Made by a program: the position numbers and the translations under genes. Positions 20,222-29,706 of a stretch of 64,000 nt of DNA are shown piece after piece. The notes below the pieces were generated by a model. That model saw only the letters and a list, made by a program, of their open reading frames with translations. It was not told the DNA's origin and searched no databases. The DNA is from Elusimicrobiota bacterium (GTDB lineage Bacteria > Elusimicrobiota > Elusimicrobia > UBA1565). The stretch's first letter is position 1. Each line of letters begins with the position of its first letter. Where the stretch lies: contig JBDRPD010000096.1 in the NCBI GenBank assembly GCA_043827405.1, forward strand, positions 1 through 64,000, in the 5' to 3' direction.

Positions 20222-23200
20222 CTACTTCTTGCCGAACCAGCTGTTCCACTTCTTCTTGCCCCAGTCTATTATGCCGCCGATGACGCCTCCGCTCTTCGGG
20301 GTGCTTTGGGTACTGCTGTTGTTGGTGCTGGTTTTGGGCGCTGTCGTCGTCGTTGTCTTCGGTTTTGATGTCGTTGGCGTCGTGGTCTTGGTATTGTTGA
20401 CCGGCGCGCCGATGCTGGTCTGACCGTAGGAGCCGCCGAGCGCGCCGTAGTTGACCGAGGATCCGCTTTGCGACGGCGTGCTGCCGCCTTTGGGCGCAGA
20501 GCCGCCGCTTGATGTTGTCCCCCCCGTCGGTGCCGGGCCGGCATTCCAGCCGTCATTTATCGGCTGACTATAGGTGCTAGTTGGCGTCTTCTTCCCGCCC
20601 TTGACGCAAACGGGCTTGGCGGCGATGCCGGGCGCCAAGGTCACGTACTTTATTTTGTACTCGTAGCCGTCGTTAGGACAGGAGTTGGATCCGTAGTACG
20701 GCCAAGCCGCATCGTCGCGGGGGACATATACGCTGCCGGCGTTGATGCACTTGACAACGGATCCGACCGTCATGATCGTCCTCGCTCCGCAGAGGCCGGG
20801 GGTGACCTTGTCCAGTTTGTAGCCTTGGAAGGTGTACTTGCCCTCGCCGATTTTGCTGCTGCTGTCGGTGCCGCCGCCCGATGTCGAAGGCACGCTCAGC
20901 GTCTTGTCGTAGCCCGCCTTCTCCATGTCCGGTATCTTGATGCACTGCCTCACTCCGTACACCGTGTCTCCGTAGGTGCCGGCGGGACAGGGACCGGTGG
21001 GAACGCTGCTGCTCGTGCTGTTGGTGGGCATCGAGAGCTTGGCGACCTGGGTCTCTTCCTTCTTCTTTTTGTCGCAGCCCCAGGTAAACGGGTTCCACCA
21101 GGTGCTGCAGGACTTGCTCTCTTCCTTCGGCGCTGACGTCGAGGCGGAGGGCTTCGTTTCCTGCGGCGGCGCGGGTTCCGCGGGTTCCGGCGGCGGGGCC
21201 TTCGCTACCTGGGTGTCCTTCTTCTCCTCTTCTTTCTGCTTCTTGTCGCAGCCCCAGGTTAGCGGGTTCCACCAAGTGCTGCAGGACTTGCTCTCCTCCT
21301 TCTTGGCGACTATGGTCTCCTCTTGCTTCTTCTCCTCTTCCTGCTTCTTGTCCTGACTCTCCTCTTCCTTGCCGTATTTGTCGTCGATCTTCTGCTGCTG
21401 CTTGTCGCAGGACTGTCCGACGACCCAAGCGAAGGCGTTGGCGATCCCGCCGAGGACGCCGCCGCTGCACCGGGTCTTGCTCTGGACCATCTGGGTTTCG
21501 GTGTCGTACATTTTATCCTTGACTACCGCTTCGGTCTCCGGGGCGGCGTAGTCGAGGTCCTTTTTGAGCTTGGCCAGCTGGCATTTGAGATCGTCGATCT
21601 TTTTGCAGACCTTGGAGTTTTCCACCTCTTCGATCTCGAGCGCATGCTCGATCTCCTCGCCCCGCTTGCCGTTATTGAATTCCTTCGCGCCGACGCTGTT
21701 CTCAAACTCCTTGCAGGCGCCCGGGGTTTTCGATTGGCAAACGAGCTTGTTGTCGACGATCTTCAGCGTCATGTCGTAGTCGTTGCCGCGGAAGTTCGCC
21801 TTGAATTCTCCGCCCTCGATGTAGGGGAGCATGGCGGCCGCGACTTTAATCGCGCAGTCTTTGCTCCCCTGGTTGGGACAATTGGTCTCCTCGCGCGCCT
21901 TTTTCTCCGCGAGCTCCAGCAGTTTGCCCTGCGCCTGCGCGCGCTCTTCATCGCTCATGAACTGCCGCTCGGCCTTGAGGCGTTCCATCTCGCAGTCGAT
22001 CTGCTGCGCGCCGCGCAGCCGTCTGGGATCGCCGCATTCAACCCGGGCCAGCACCTCGGCCTTGCGCTCAAGGTCCTTGATCCGGTCGCCTTTCTCGTCC
22101 TTGCGCAGTTCGGCTTCCTTCCGGACCATGGCCAAATTGCACTTGTACTCGTCGCGTTCGCCGGGGTATCCCGAGCAGCTGCGTTCCTTCTCGCGGAAAT
22201 CCTGCAGATCGTAGGCGACCTCGGCCTCGTACTTCTCCCCTTCGCTGGAGTAGCGTACCGAGGCTTCGCGCCGCGCGGTTTCGCAGACATCGTTGCCGAA
22301 GAGCTTCTTGAGGCCGTTGAGGATGCCCCGGCAGGCGTCCGAGTACTGGGCGTCCAGCACTGCGGCATCGTTCTTTAGCTGGCGAATCTTCGGCTCCGAC
22401 ATCCCCTCGCAGTCATTAATCGTCGGTTTGCCGCCTTTGAAGCCCGCCTTGAGCGTGCAGGAGACCGGCACGGTGAGAGTCCGGTCGTCTATGCCCTCTT
22501 CCAGCGTGAGGGTGAGCTTGTCTCCGGCCGCATAGGTCCTGCTCTCGTCGTAGTCCGCGAAACCCTCACCTTCGCGGATAAGCTCGTCTTCCCGGCGCTC
22601 TTTATACTCCTTGCATTCATCGTTGCGGGTGAAGAGGTTCGAAAACCAGTTGCCGATGCCTTGGCATACCTCGGCGGCGTCGGAGTCGGTGTCGTGTTTG
22701 CTGCCGGGATCGGCGCACTTCTGCTTCTCGGCGTTGAACACTTGGCCTTGGATCGCGCATTCCTGTTCGCTCTTGGCGCTGCAGGTGCCGTCGGAGCCGA
22801 TGCTGCCGCCCCGGGTGTGGCATTCAAACTGCGCGGGCGTGGCGCATCGCATCTCGCCGCCGATCTCGTAGATGTCCTCGCCGCTGCCGCAGGGATCAGC
22901 GATGTCGGCGCATATGATCTTCTTGTTCTCTAACTCGATCTTTTCCATGCCTTCAGCGCAGACGAGTTCCTCTCCGCCGCCGCCGTCGTCATTGCCGCTG
23001 CCGCCGTCATCGTCGGCGGTGTCAATGGGGGCCCCTTCGAGGCACCGTCCTGCGTCCCATTGCTTACCTGCGTCGAGGCAGGCGTTATGCTCGGGGGTAA
23101 CACAGCCCTGCACATCTTCACGGAACGAGGTGCCCTCATCGCAGCGGCCGCAGATCTTCGTGCCGCCGATATCGATGCAAATGGACTTGGCCTCCTCGCA

Positions 23201-24394
23201 GTCTGTGCCGCCTTCTTTCGACGCCGTGCCGTCTTTGCACAGGCAGTTGCCGCACTTGTTGCCCGTCTCGCAGAGCATTTGAGTGTCGCCTTGCGGGTTT
23301 TCCGGATCACACTCGCTCGCCGGGCCAAGGCCCCCATGGCACTCGCCGTCGCGGTAAAAATACCCGTCCGCTTCGCACAGCTGCTGCATCGGGACGCATT
23401 TGTTCTGATTGTAATCGATGCCTTCGTCCGGTCCGCACTGTAAATCCTTATTCTCGGCCGCGGGCTCATCGCCTTCCTTGCCGCCGGTTCCGCCGCCGCC
23501 GCCGGGTACGCTCGGGGTGTCATCCACTTTGCCGTCTTCATCGGCCGCACCGTAGGCGCCGGGAGCGCCCGAGCTGCCGGCCTTGTCGCGCTGCGGAGTC
23601 TTCTTGTCCTTGTTCTGGGTGGCCATGCCGGCGGCTTCGGTGGTGCTTTCCGCGCCGCCGCTGGGGCCGAACCTGGAGCCGCTCGCGGCGCCGCCGGGAG
23701 CGGTGACGGCCTGCATGCCCTGGGCCTTGCCGCCCGGGGCGAGCGCGTTGCCGGTGCGCTGGGTGCGGCTGATGATGCCGCGCCGGCCGCGGTCCATCTG
23801 TGAGCCGGCGCTGCCCACCGGGCCGACACGGTAGGCCTGCGCCGGACGGATGCCTTCGCGGGACGCGAGGGTCAGCGAAGCGCCGCTGCCGCCTCCTCCT
23901 CCGACGCTGCCGCCGCCGCCCTTAAGCCCCTCCATGGGGGCCATGGGGGCGCGGTCAAAAGATTTCTTTTCGTCGCGCTCTTCGATAAGCTCGGGCATGG
24001 TGAAGGGCGGCGGGGCGTCCGTTATCGCTTCGGGGATGCTCTTGGCGATCGCGGCCGGCGCCACCTTTTTGACGAAATTGCGGATGAAGCCCGACGAGGT
24101 GTAGATGTCGCGCCGGATTCCGCGCGGATGTTCCGGCGGCCTGACTGCGAAGTGCCGGCCGGTGTTGAGCACCGCGGGATTCTGCGAGGGCGGGGGCGGC
24201 GGGGGCACGGTGATAGCCCAGGTAGTCAGCGCGACGAGAAAAGAGGCGGCCGCGCCCAGCGTGTAGAGGGGGTTGCGCATCAGCCAGTCCTGCGGCCGCA
24301 GCTTGAGGAGCTGACCGATTACGGTGGCTTCTTTGTATTTGTCGCCGACGCTTAGGATGCGCTTGAGCCGGTCCTGCCAGTTGGAATGAGCCAT
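20222..24394 (-). CDS. giant (1390 aa) membrane-anchored Gly/Cys-rich extracellular protein
   Basis: SD GAGG; one N-terminal TM (LGAAASFLVALTTWAI); Gly-rich stalk; dozens of Cys; internal repeats; high-GC3 codon usage. Confidence 0.85.
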   Translation of the reverse strand: MAHSNWQDRLKRILSVGDKYKEATVIGQLLKLRPQDWLMRNPLYTLGAAASFLVALTTWAITVPPPPPPSQNPAVLNTGRHFAVRPPEHPRGIRRDIYTSSGFIRNFVKKVAPAAIAKSIPEAITDAPPPFTMPELIEERDEKKSFDRAPMAPMEGLKGGGGSVGGGGGSGASLTLASREGIRPAQAYRVGPVGSAGSQMDRGRRGIISRTQRTGNALAPGGKAQGMQAVTAPGGAASGSRFGPSGGAESTTEAAGMATQNKDKKTPQRDKAGSSGAPGAYGAADEDGKVDDTPSVPGGGGGTGGKEGDEPAAENKDLQCGPDEGIDYNQNKCVPMQQLCEADGYFYRDGECHGGLGPASECDPENPQGDTQMLCETGNKCGNCLCKDGTASKEGGTDCEEAKSICIDIGGTKICGRCDEGTSFREDVQGCVTPEHNACLDAGKQWDAGRCLEGAPIDTADDDGGSGNDDGGGGEELVCAEGMEKIELENKKIICADIADPCGSGEDIYEIGGEMRCATPAQFECHTRGGSIGSDGTCSAKSEQECAIQGQVFNAEKQKCADPGSKHDTDSDAAEVCQGIGNWFSNLFTRNDECKEYKERREDELIREGEGFADYDESRTYAAGDKLTLTLEEGIDDRTLTVPVSCTLKAGFKGGKPTINDCEGMSEPKIRQLKNDAAVLDAQYSDACRGILNGLKKLFGNDVCETARREASVRYSSEGEKYEAEVAYDLQDFREKERSCSGYPGERDEYKCNLAMVRKEAELRKDEKGDRIKDLERKAEVLARVECGDPRRLRGAQQIDCEMERLKAERQFMSDEERAQAQGKLLELAEKKAREETNCPNQGSKDCAIKVAAAMLPYIEGGEFKANFRGNDYDMTLKIVDNKLVCQSKTPGACKEFENSVGAKEFNNGKRGEEIEHALEIEEVENSKVCKKIDDLKCQLAKLKKDLDYAAPETEAVVKDKMYDTETQMVQSKTRCSGGVLGGIANAFAWVVGQSCDKQQQKIDDKYGKEEESQDKKQEEEKKQEETIVAKKEESKSCSTWWNPLTWGCDKKQKEEEKKDTQVAKAPPPEPAEPAPPQETKPSASTSAPKEESKSCSTWWNPFTWGCDKKKKEETQVAKLSMPTNSTSSSVPTGPCPAGTYGDTVYGVRQCIKIPDMEKAGYDKTLSVPSTSGGGTDSSSKIGEGKYTFQGYKLDKVTPGLCGARTIMTVGSVVKCINAGSVYVPRDDAAWPYYGSNSCPNDGYEYKIKYVTLAPGIAAKPVCVKGGKKTPTSTYSQPINDGWNAGPAPTGGTTSSGGSAPKGGSTPSQSGSSVNYGALGGSYGQTSIGAPVNNTKTTTPTTSKPKTTTTTAPKTSTNNSSTQSTPKSGGVIGGIIDWGKKKWNSWFGKK
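21069..21302 (-). repeat. two ~60-bp intragenic direct repeats (period 174 bp) encoding KEESKSCSTWWNP(L/F)TWGCDK
   Basis: 21069-21128 and 21243-21302 are near-identical. Confidence 0.9.
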
Positions 24395-24469
24395 ATGGTT
24401 TTCCTCGCGGGAACCTTGTTCGCCGCTTTTATCGTAAGTTGCCGTGAATTGTCGCCGCTTTGCTGTCTC

Positions 24470-27286
24470 CTAGTTGGTAAAACAGAAATCGCTGCTCTTG
24501 CCCTTCGGCGGGCTGCAGACCCAGGCCGGATGTCCGATATCGATGAAGACGGTCCCGCATTTCGCCGGGCATTTGCGGACCGGTACCCACGGGACCTCTC
24601 CTGCCCCCGTCCAGACGAAGATCTTCGCGCCCTCGGGTACGATCACGCACTGCCGGCTGTTGTCGCGCAGGTCGATAAAGCGGCGCGTGCCCGCTGGACA
24701 GTTCTCAACATTGTAGCGCTCGCCGTTCTCGCCGATCAGCGCCGCCGTGGCCTGCGCCGGAGTATCGCTCACGCCGGCACCGGGCTGCGCCGGCATACCG
24801 TAGATCGTGACCGGCTTCGCCGGAGCCTGTGTCGTCGGCAGCTGCGGGTAGGTGTTGGTTACCCGCATCGGCTCGGGCTGCGGGAGGGGCTCGTCGACGA
24901 CGGGCGGCGCGGATTCCTGCGGCGGCGACACGCAGCGCCATGCTCCTCCCACATGCGTCAGGAATGTTCCTTCGCGGCAGGATGGGGTGCTGCCCTCCTG
25001 CTTGCCGCCGGTAAAGAGGTTGGTCACCGCCTTCTTGACGCAGCCGAGCCACAGGAAGCCGCAGCCCTCGTCCTTGTTGGTCTCCGGCACGGACAGCGGG
25101 GCCTCCCCGGTCAGCGGTGCGGAGGGCAGGGTTTGGAGCTCGGGCGTATCGCTTTTCGCCGTCTGGTCGTTGCCGGTGAACTTCGAGACGATGCTTTCTC
25201 CCATTCTAAACAAAGCGTCGGTGACCGGGTTCGCGGTCAGTACCGCGCCGACAAAGAGCCCCGCGCCTTTGAGGAAATCCACGCCCTTGGCGAGCGCGCT
25301 TTTATTGACGTCGTTATACTCGCCGGCGAGCTCCTTTAGATTTTTCTGCTCATCCTGGAAGGCGAGGAAGCGCCCGATGAGGGGTTCGCTCTGGTAGCGC
25401 TTGCAGCCCGTCTTTACCTCGTAGTCGGCGATAACAGGATAGGTCCCGACCGGGCATTTCTTGCCCTCTATCGCCCAGCTGCTGAGGAGGGTGGAGTCCG
25501 CGGGGACGCTCGGCAGCAGCTTGCGGCCGAACTCTTTGGTGACTGCATTCGTATCCCATGATTCGATGGTGGTTTTGTCCTGCTGGTAGGCGGTGAGCAG
25601 CTTCTCGACATCCTGGGTCTTGTCGTAGTACGGGTTCTTGCGCTCTTTTTCGCGGATTTCATCCGCCTGCTGCATATACCACTCGTCAAGCTTTTTCTTG
25701 TGCTTTTCGCGGTATTCTCCGACGAACTTCTGCACGTAGCGCTCGTAGATCGCTTTCTTCTGCGCCGCGGTCTTGCCGATAAACTCCTCGAACATCTCAC
25801 GCCGGTACTCGTATACGATGTCGATGTTTAGCTCGGGCTGCGGCTTCTTTACGATCTCGTCCTTAGTGAAGTAATCGTAGATGCCCGAGAAGAGATTGCC
25901 CAGCGGCTTCCATTGCTTGATCGGATCGCGGTTGAACACGAGGTCGATGGCGCCGTCGATAAGCTTGACGACCCCGCCGGCGGCGGCGCCGAGGATATTG
26001 AACGGGGGAAGAGGCGCGACCTTTTCCTTCAGGAACTCCAGCCCTCCGCCGATGAATTTGCGCCAGCCCTCCGTCTTGGCCGCCTCGTGCTCGACTTCAC
26101 GCTCCAGGAAGCTCTTTTCCTTAAAGTATTCGAGTTTCTCCGCGTTCTCGTCCGAGGCGGTCAACAGATCCTTATTGGGGCTCTTATCTATGTAATCAAC
26201 ATAGCCGTCGATCCGGCCTTGGCCCTTGGCGTCTTCGCCGTAGAATCCGATATCTCCGGCGGTGCCTGCGCTGCATACTTCGATCTGTCCCTCGGTGGTG
26301 GGCACCATTTTGCAGTTGCCGGAGCCCGAGCCGACGCCCACGCCTTGGGCGCCTTCATTGACGGGCTTGCTGCCGCCTCCGCCCCCGCCTCCACCGCCGC
26401 CGGATTTGGCGCTCGGCGCTTTGGATTTCTTCTGGCTTTCCATCTGGGGCGCGGCGCCGATGGAGCCGTCCGTCGCCGCCGAGGCCGGGGCGATCGGCGA
26501 GTCCGCCGTCTCCGCCAGCGTCTCCGTCGTGGAGCTTTGCCCGCCCGTGATGGCGCCTTTCGGGAGGTCCTGGGCGCCGCGCACGCCGGAGGTGGTTTTT
26601 CGGGCGCCGCCGAGATGCGTGCCGGGCTGGACGGCCGTCACCTGCCGGATGCCCGCGGCGCCGGCGGGCATGCCGGGCGCCGGTCCCATCGCGGCCAGCT
26701 GCGGCGCGGCGGCGGATGCCGACGCGGAAGTGCCGCCTCCGCCGGAGCCGCCTCCGCCGCCGGAAAAGCCGCCGCCGGAAGAGCCGAGGCCGTTCATGCG
26801 CGTGAACTGCGCGCTGACGCCGGAGCTTCCCGTTTCGTCGCCCGGGTCGGTCGCGGGGATTACTACGGAGGCTTCCTTCAGGAGGTCGTCAAAAGCGGGG
26901 TTCTCGCCGGTTCCCGCCTGAATCTCTTCCTGGTCCTCGCTTGAGAGCTTATCCTCTTTAACGGCTTCCTTCGTCGCGGGGTCATCCTTCTTGTCCTCGT
27001 CCGCGCGCAGGACTTTGTCGCGCACATAGAACAGGCCGCCGTATTCCGACTCCTGCGCCTTGGGCTCATCCGGCTTGGCGTCAAACGGCATGGAGAGCGA
27101 TATCGGCGTTCCGACTTCCTGCTGCTTTTTTGCCCCGACATGCTCGATGGCGGCGAAAGTGATGTAGCAGCTGCACAGCAGGCCGAGCAGCCCGTAGAAC
27201 AATTTCGGGCTGTTCAGCGTGCGCTCCAGGAGGGTGTCATGGCGCTGCAAATCGGTTGTTTTAGAGTTGGTCCTTTGTTTCCGCAT
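24470..27286 (-). CDS. large (~938 aa) membrane-anchored Gly-rich protein with Cys-rich C-terminus
   Basis: SD GAGG before ATG 27286; N-terminal TM (LFYGLLGLLCSCYITFAAI); GGGFSGGGGGSGGGG stalk; C-terminal CP(A/V)GT modules. Confidence 0.85.
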   Translation of the reverse strand: MRKQRTNSKTTDLQRHDTLLERTLNSPKLFYGLLGLLCSCYITFAAIEHVGAKKQQEVGTPISLSMPFDAKPDEPKAQESEYGGLFYVRDKVLRADEDKKDDPATKEAVKEDKLSSEDQEEIQAGTGENPAFDDLLKEASVVIPATDPGDETGSSGVSAQFTRMNGLGSSGGGFSGGGGGSGGGGTSASASAAAPQLAAMGPAPGMPAGAAGIRQVTAVQPGTHLGGARKTTSGVRGAQDLPKGAITGGQSSTTETLAETADSPIAPASAATDGSIGAAPQMESQKKSKAPSAKSGGGGGGGGGGSKPVNEGAQGVGVGSGSGNCKMVPTTEGQIEVCSAGTAGDIGFYGEDAKGQGRIDGYVDYIDKSPNKDLLTASDENAEKLEYFKEKSFLEREVEHEAAKTEGWRKFIGGGLEFLKEKVAPLPPFNILGAAAGGVVKLIDGAIDLVFNRDPIKQWKPLGNLFSGIYDYFTKDEIVKKPQPELNIDIVYEYRREMFEEFIGKTAAQKKAIYERYVQKFVGEYREKHKKKLDEWYMQQADEIREKERKNPYYDKTQDVEKLLTAYQQDKTTIESWDTNAVTKEFGRKLLPSVPADSTLLSSWAIEGKKCPVGTYPVIADYEVKTGCKRYQSEPLIGRFLAFQDEQKNLKELAGEYNDVNKSALAKGVDFLKGAGLFVGAVLTANPVTDALFRMGESIVSKFTGNDQTAKSDTPELQTLPSAPLTGEAPLSVPETNKDEGCGFLWLGCVKKAVTNLFTGGKQEGSTPSCREGTFLTHVGGAWRCVSPPQESAPPVVDEPLPQPEPMRVTNTYPQLPTTQAPAKPVTIYGMPAQPGAGVSDTPAQATAALIGENGERYNVENCPAGTRRFIDLRDNSRQCVIVPEGAKIFVWTGAGEVPWVPVRKCPAKCGTVFIDIGHPAWVCSPPKGKSSDFCFTN

Positions 27287-27422
27287 CCTGCTACCTCGTC
27301 GCTTGGTCCTAGGAGCTAGACCTAGCAATTATCTATAGACTACCTGACGAATTTACGGCTCGCAAGGGCCCTTTTCGAACAATTTACTTTGCTTTACCTT
27401 TCCGCAAACCTATGAACATTAT

Positions 27423-27522
27423 AGGACTTATTGCTCATAATTTATCAGGACTTTTACCCCATGCGCGGAATGGGCCCTACGGGTAGAATATTTAGGACAT
27501 TAGGGTTTTTTACACATAGGAC
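27423..27522. promoter_or_regulatory. phased AGGAC boxes in an AT-rich divergent promoter region
   Basis: AGGAC at 27423, 27447, 27494 and 27518, with GGGCC at 27472 (about 24-bp period). Confidence 0.55.
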
Positions 27523-27566
27523 CAATGGTGCTAAGGCAAAAAAAGGACGCTTCGCAGGGGGGGAGT

Positions 27567-28760
27567 ATGAGAGCTCTTTTGATTTTTATTATCTGCGCGA
27601 TGCCGGCTGTTTCCGCATGGGCGTCGGGCGGCAAACGCTACATCGTCGGCTTCAAACAGGGCGTGGACGATGCCCGGCAGAAGGATATCCTGGACTCCTT
27701 CGGCCTGGCCGATCTCGAGACGCTCGATATATTCAACGCCAAAATCGTCGAAGCTCCGGCGGATCGCTATTCGCCGTCGGCGTTTCGCATGATGTCGAAT
27801 CCCGACATCTACTACGTCGAGGAGGATTTCTACACCAACTGGCTGGTAAACACCGGGGCGTCATTTCAGGCCAGGCCGCTGCCGTCGTTCGGCGCGATTA
27901 TGGCTGATCTGCCCAAGCTCAAGGAGCGTACTTCCGGCAGCGGCGAGCAGCCGTGGGGGATCGTCCGGGTGAACGCCGAGAAGGGCTGGGCGCAGGCCAA
28001 TGAGGGCAGCGGCGTGCGCGTCGCGGTGATCGATACCGGCGTGGACTTTAACCATCCGGATTTGCAAGCCAACTACAAAGGAGGCTACAACGCGGTTGAT
28101 GCGGATAAGCCGCCGTTGGACGATCATGGTCACGGCACGCATGTCGCCGGCACCATCGCCGCCGTCAAGGACGGGAAAGGCGTGGTGGGCGTCGCGCCGC
28201 AGGCCCATATCTACGCCGTCAAGGTGCTCGACAAAGACGGCGGCGGCAGCCTGACCAGCATCGTTAAGGGGCTTGTGTGGGCGGCCAACAACAACATCCA
28301 GGTGGCCAATATGTCGCTGGGTGCGCCGATGGGCAGTATCTTCATGCGGCTGGCCGTCAAGTACGCGACTTCCAAGGGGGTCGCCATCATCGCCGCAGCC
28401 GGAAATTCGGGCGGCGCTGTCGGTTATCCGGCGGCCTATGAGGATACGATCGCCATCGCGGCCAGCGATTCCAGCGACCGGGTCGCGAGCTTTTCCAGCC
28501 GGGGCGAGCAGGTGGACTTTATCGCCCCCGGCGTGGATGTGAACTCGACCGTTGTGGGCGGCAAGTACGCCCGCTACTCGGGCACCTCGATGGCCACGCC
28601 GCATGCCGCGGGACTGGCGGCGCTCGCGGTCAAGCAGGGCGCCAACGGCAAGGACGCGGTGAAGGCCTACTTCCTGCGGGCGGCGAAGAAGCTCCCGGGA
28701 GTCAGCGAGAACGAGCAGGGCGAAGGCATGATCGACGCCGCGCTGCTCCGCCGCAAGTAA
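27567..28760 (+). CDS. S8 subtilisin-like serine protease with I9-like propeptide
   Basis: Signal peptide; RYIVGFK; triad VIDTGVD / HGTHVAG / GTSMATPH; AAAGN. Confidence 0.95.
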   Translation: MRALLIFIICAMPAVSAWASGGKRYIVGFKQGVDDARQKDILDSFGLADLETLDIFNAKIVEAPADRYSPSAFRMMSNPDIYYVEEDFYTNWLVNTGASFQARPLPSFGAIMADLPKLKERTSGSGEQPWGIVRVNAEKGWAQANEGSGVRVAVIDTGVDFNHPDLQANYKGGYNAVDADKPPLDDHGHGTHVAGTIAAVKDGKGVVGVAPQAHIYAVKVLDKDGGGSLTSIVKGLVWAANNNIQVANMSLGAPMGSIFMRLAVKYATSKGVAIIAAAGNSGGAVGYPAAYEDTIAIAASDSSDRVASFSSRGEQVDFIAPGVDVNSTVVGGKYARYSGTSMATPHAAGLAALAVKQGANGKDAVKAYFLRAAKKLPGVSENEQGEGMIDAALLRRK

Positions 28761-28777
28761 TACTTCAGGGGGAACAC

Positions 28778-28810
28778 CGGGCGCCCGTTCCAGTCAGGAG
28801 CGGGCGCCCG
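28778..28810. terminator. hairpin between convergent genes (probable intrinsic terminator)
   Basis: CGGGCGCCCGTTCC-AGTCA-GGAGCGGGCGCCCG followed by TTATTT. Confidence 0.7.
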
Positions 28811-29224
28811 TTATTTCGCCGTATAGGCTAGGTCGTAGGGGCCGTCGGTGGTGGTAAGGAACCATACGTCGCGCAGCCAGGTCTTGGCCTTCAGCGCGTG
28901 CGGAGTGCCGGGCGGGAGGGACGCGTGATCGCCGGGCTTGAGCGTTCGTACCTGGCCCGCTGCCGTCAGCCGCAGCCGCCCCTTGATTACGACGATCGTT
29001 TCGTGCACGGTATGGGTGTGGGCGAGGACCTCATAGCCGCTGGGAAAGCGCACGATCGCTTCAATGCCGTGGGTCTCGGGATCCTCGCGAATCAGGCGGT
29101 ACTGCGCGCCGGTGGGCAGGTGCGCCGGCGCTTTCCATTCGGCCGGGGAGGTCCCCTGCGGGTCCGCGGCGGCGGGGGCAAAGGCGATAAGCGCGGCGGT
29201 CAGCAGAATCCCCTTGGCGTGCAT
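28811..29224 (-). CDS. exported cupin-domain protein (start 29224 or 29233)
   Basis: Signal peptide; HTHTVHETIVVIKG ... LPPGTPH cupin motifs. Confidence 0.8.
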   Translation of the reverse strand: MHAKGILLTAALIAFAPAAADPQGTSPAEWKAPAHLPTGAQYRLIREDPETHGIEAIVRFPSGYEVLAHTHTVHETIVVIKGRLRLTAAGQVRTLKPGDHASLPPGTPHALKAKTWLRDVWFLTTTDGPYDLAYTAK

Positions 29225-29268
29225 CCGGCGCATTGTACATGATCCGCGGTTTGGGATACAATCTGGTC

Positions 29269-29706
29269 ATGGTGCGGTCAATACGCGGCCTCTGTCTTCC
29301 CTTGCTGCTCGCCTCGAGCGCCTATGCCGGCGGCATCGAGGTGTACGATGCCGGGAACTTTACTTCAATGCAGCTGCGGGAGCGCACGGTGCTGCTGCAC
29401 TTCTATTCCGTCGGCTGCCCGCCTTGCGACGAGCAGGTGAAAGCGCTCACCGCGCTGACCGCCGCTCCCGGCTCTTTTTTCCCCGCCGTCCTGCAGGTGG
29501 ATTACCGGACGCAGGAAGATTTGAAGTCCCGCTACCGCGTGAGCGCTCCGAGCACCTTCCTGCTGTTTAAGGGTGCGCGGCTGATCGGCCGGACGGTCGG
29601 GACGCTGGACGCAAAGGGTATTCTCGCTTTTGTGCGCGACACGCGCATCAAGGCCCGCGGGCGCCCGGATCCGCGCCCCAAGCGGACCTACCTGCCGAAG
29701 CGATGA
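29269..29706 (+). CDS. exported thioredoxin-like protein
   Basis: Signal peptide; HFYSVGCPPC; YRVSAPSTFLLFKG; ATGA overlap with the next gene. Confidence 0.8.
   Translation: MVRSIRGLCLPLLLASSAYAGGIEVYDAGNFTSMQLRERTVLLHFYSVGCPPCDEQVKALTALTAAPGSFFPAVLQVDYRTQEDLKSRYRVSAPSTFLLFKGARLIGRTVGTLDAKGILAFVRDTRIKARGRPDPRPKRTYLPKR

Noticed and set aside
26380..26780. GCC/CCG-rich tracts as DNA repeats or contingency loci
   Set aside because: They encode poly-Gly linkers with mixed codons and are not pure simple-sequence repeats.
27423..27522. Possible mini-CRISPR or iteron array
   Set aside because: The repeat core is only 5-6 bp, with no cas or rep gene; better explained as operator boxes.
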